DNA of 64,000 nt from Candidatus Microgenomates bacterium (GTDB taxonomy: Bacteria > Patescibacteriota > Microgenomatia > UBA8517 > JACQJR01). Made by a program: the position numbers and the translations under genes. Below the pieces are notes generated by a model. The model was given only the letters and a program-made list of their open reading frames with translations. It had not been told where the DNA came from and did no database searches. Where the stretch lies: assembly GCA_016204995.1 (NCBI GenBank), contig JACQJR010000001.1, positions 539,034 through 603,033 on the forward strand, read 5' to 3'. Shown here one piece after another: positions 63,999-64,000 of this stretch. Each line of letters opens with the position of its first letter. Positions within the stretch are counted from its first letter, which is position 1.

Positions 63999-64000
63999 GC

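Overview
Chromosomal window from an AT-rich, small-genome bacterium using the standard genetic code. The gene content points to Patescibacteria/CPR, probably Microgenomates (inference): split transketolase, class II RNR, ATP-dependent ligase, stand-alone 5'-3' exonuclease, VirB4/TraG-like ATPase and pilin-signal proteins. In order, the window holds: a sugar-phosphate operon split by an accessory island; two tandem class A PBPs; nrdJ plus PduO; five toxin-antitoxin pairs and two Fic genes; three tRNAs plus a tRNA half; trpS and ftsH; a DNA-repair cluster; a copper/thiol-redox cluster; and a two-component pair. The most striking non-gene signal is a dense, layered system of short DNA elements: about 25 degenerate 7/8/9-bp-period tandem arrays, often with reverse-complementary arms, found between genes and also in-frame inside conserved proteins (5'-3' exonuclease, MutM, RecF, ligase, EndoQ, Pth, TrxB, PBP, glycosyltransferase). 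A covarying ~23-nt double mini-hairpin is nested in several of them, and several REP-like palindrome families also occur. Other notable items are a Trp leader-peptide attenuator upstream of trpS, a tRNA-Ile(UAU) preceded by an orphan tRNA 5' half, a highly non-canonical tRNA(CAU), two single-lesion pseudogenes and a poly-G promoter tract. All calls come from reading motifs by eye; no database searches were run.
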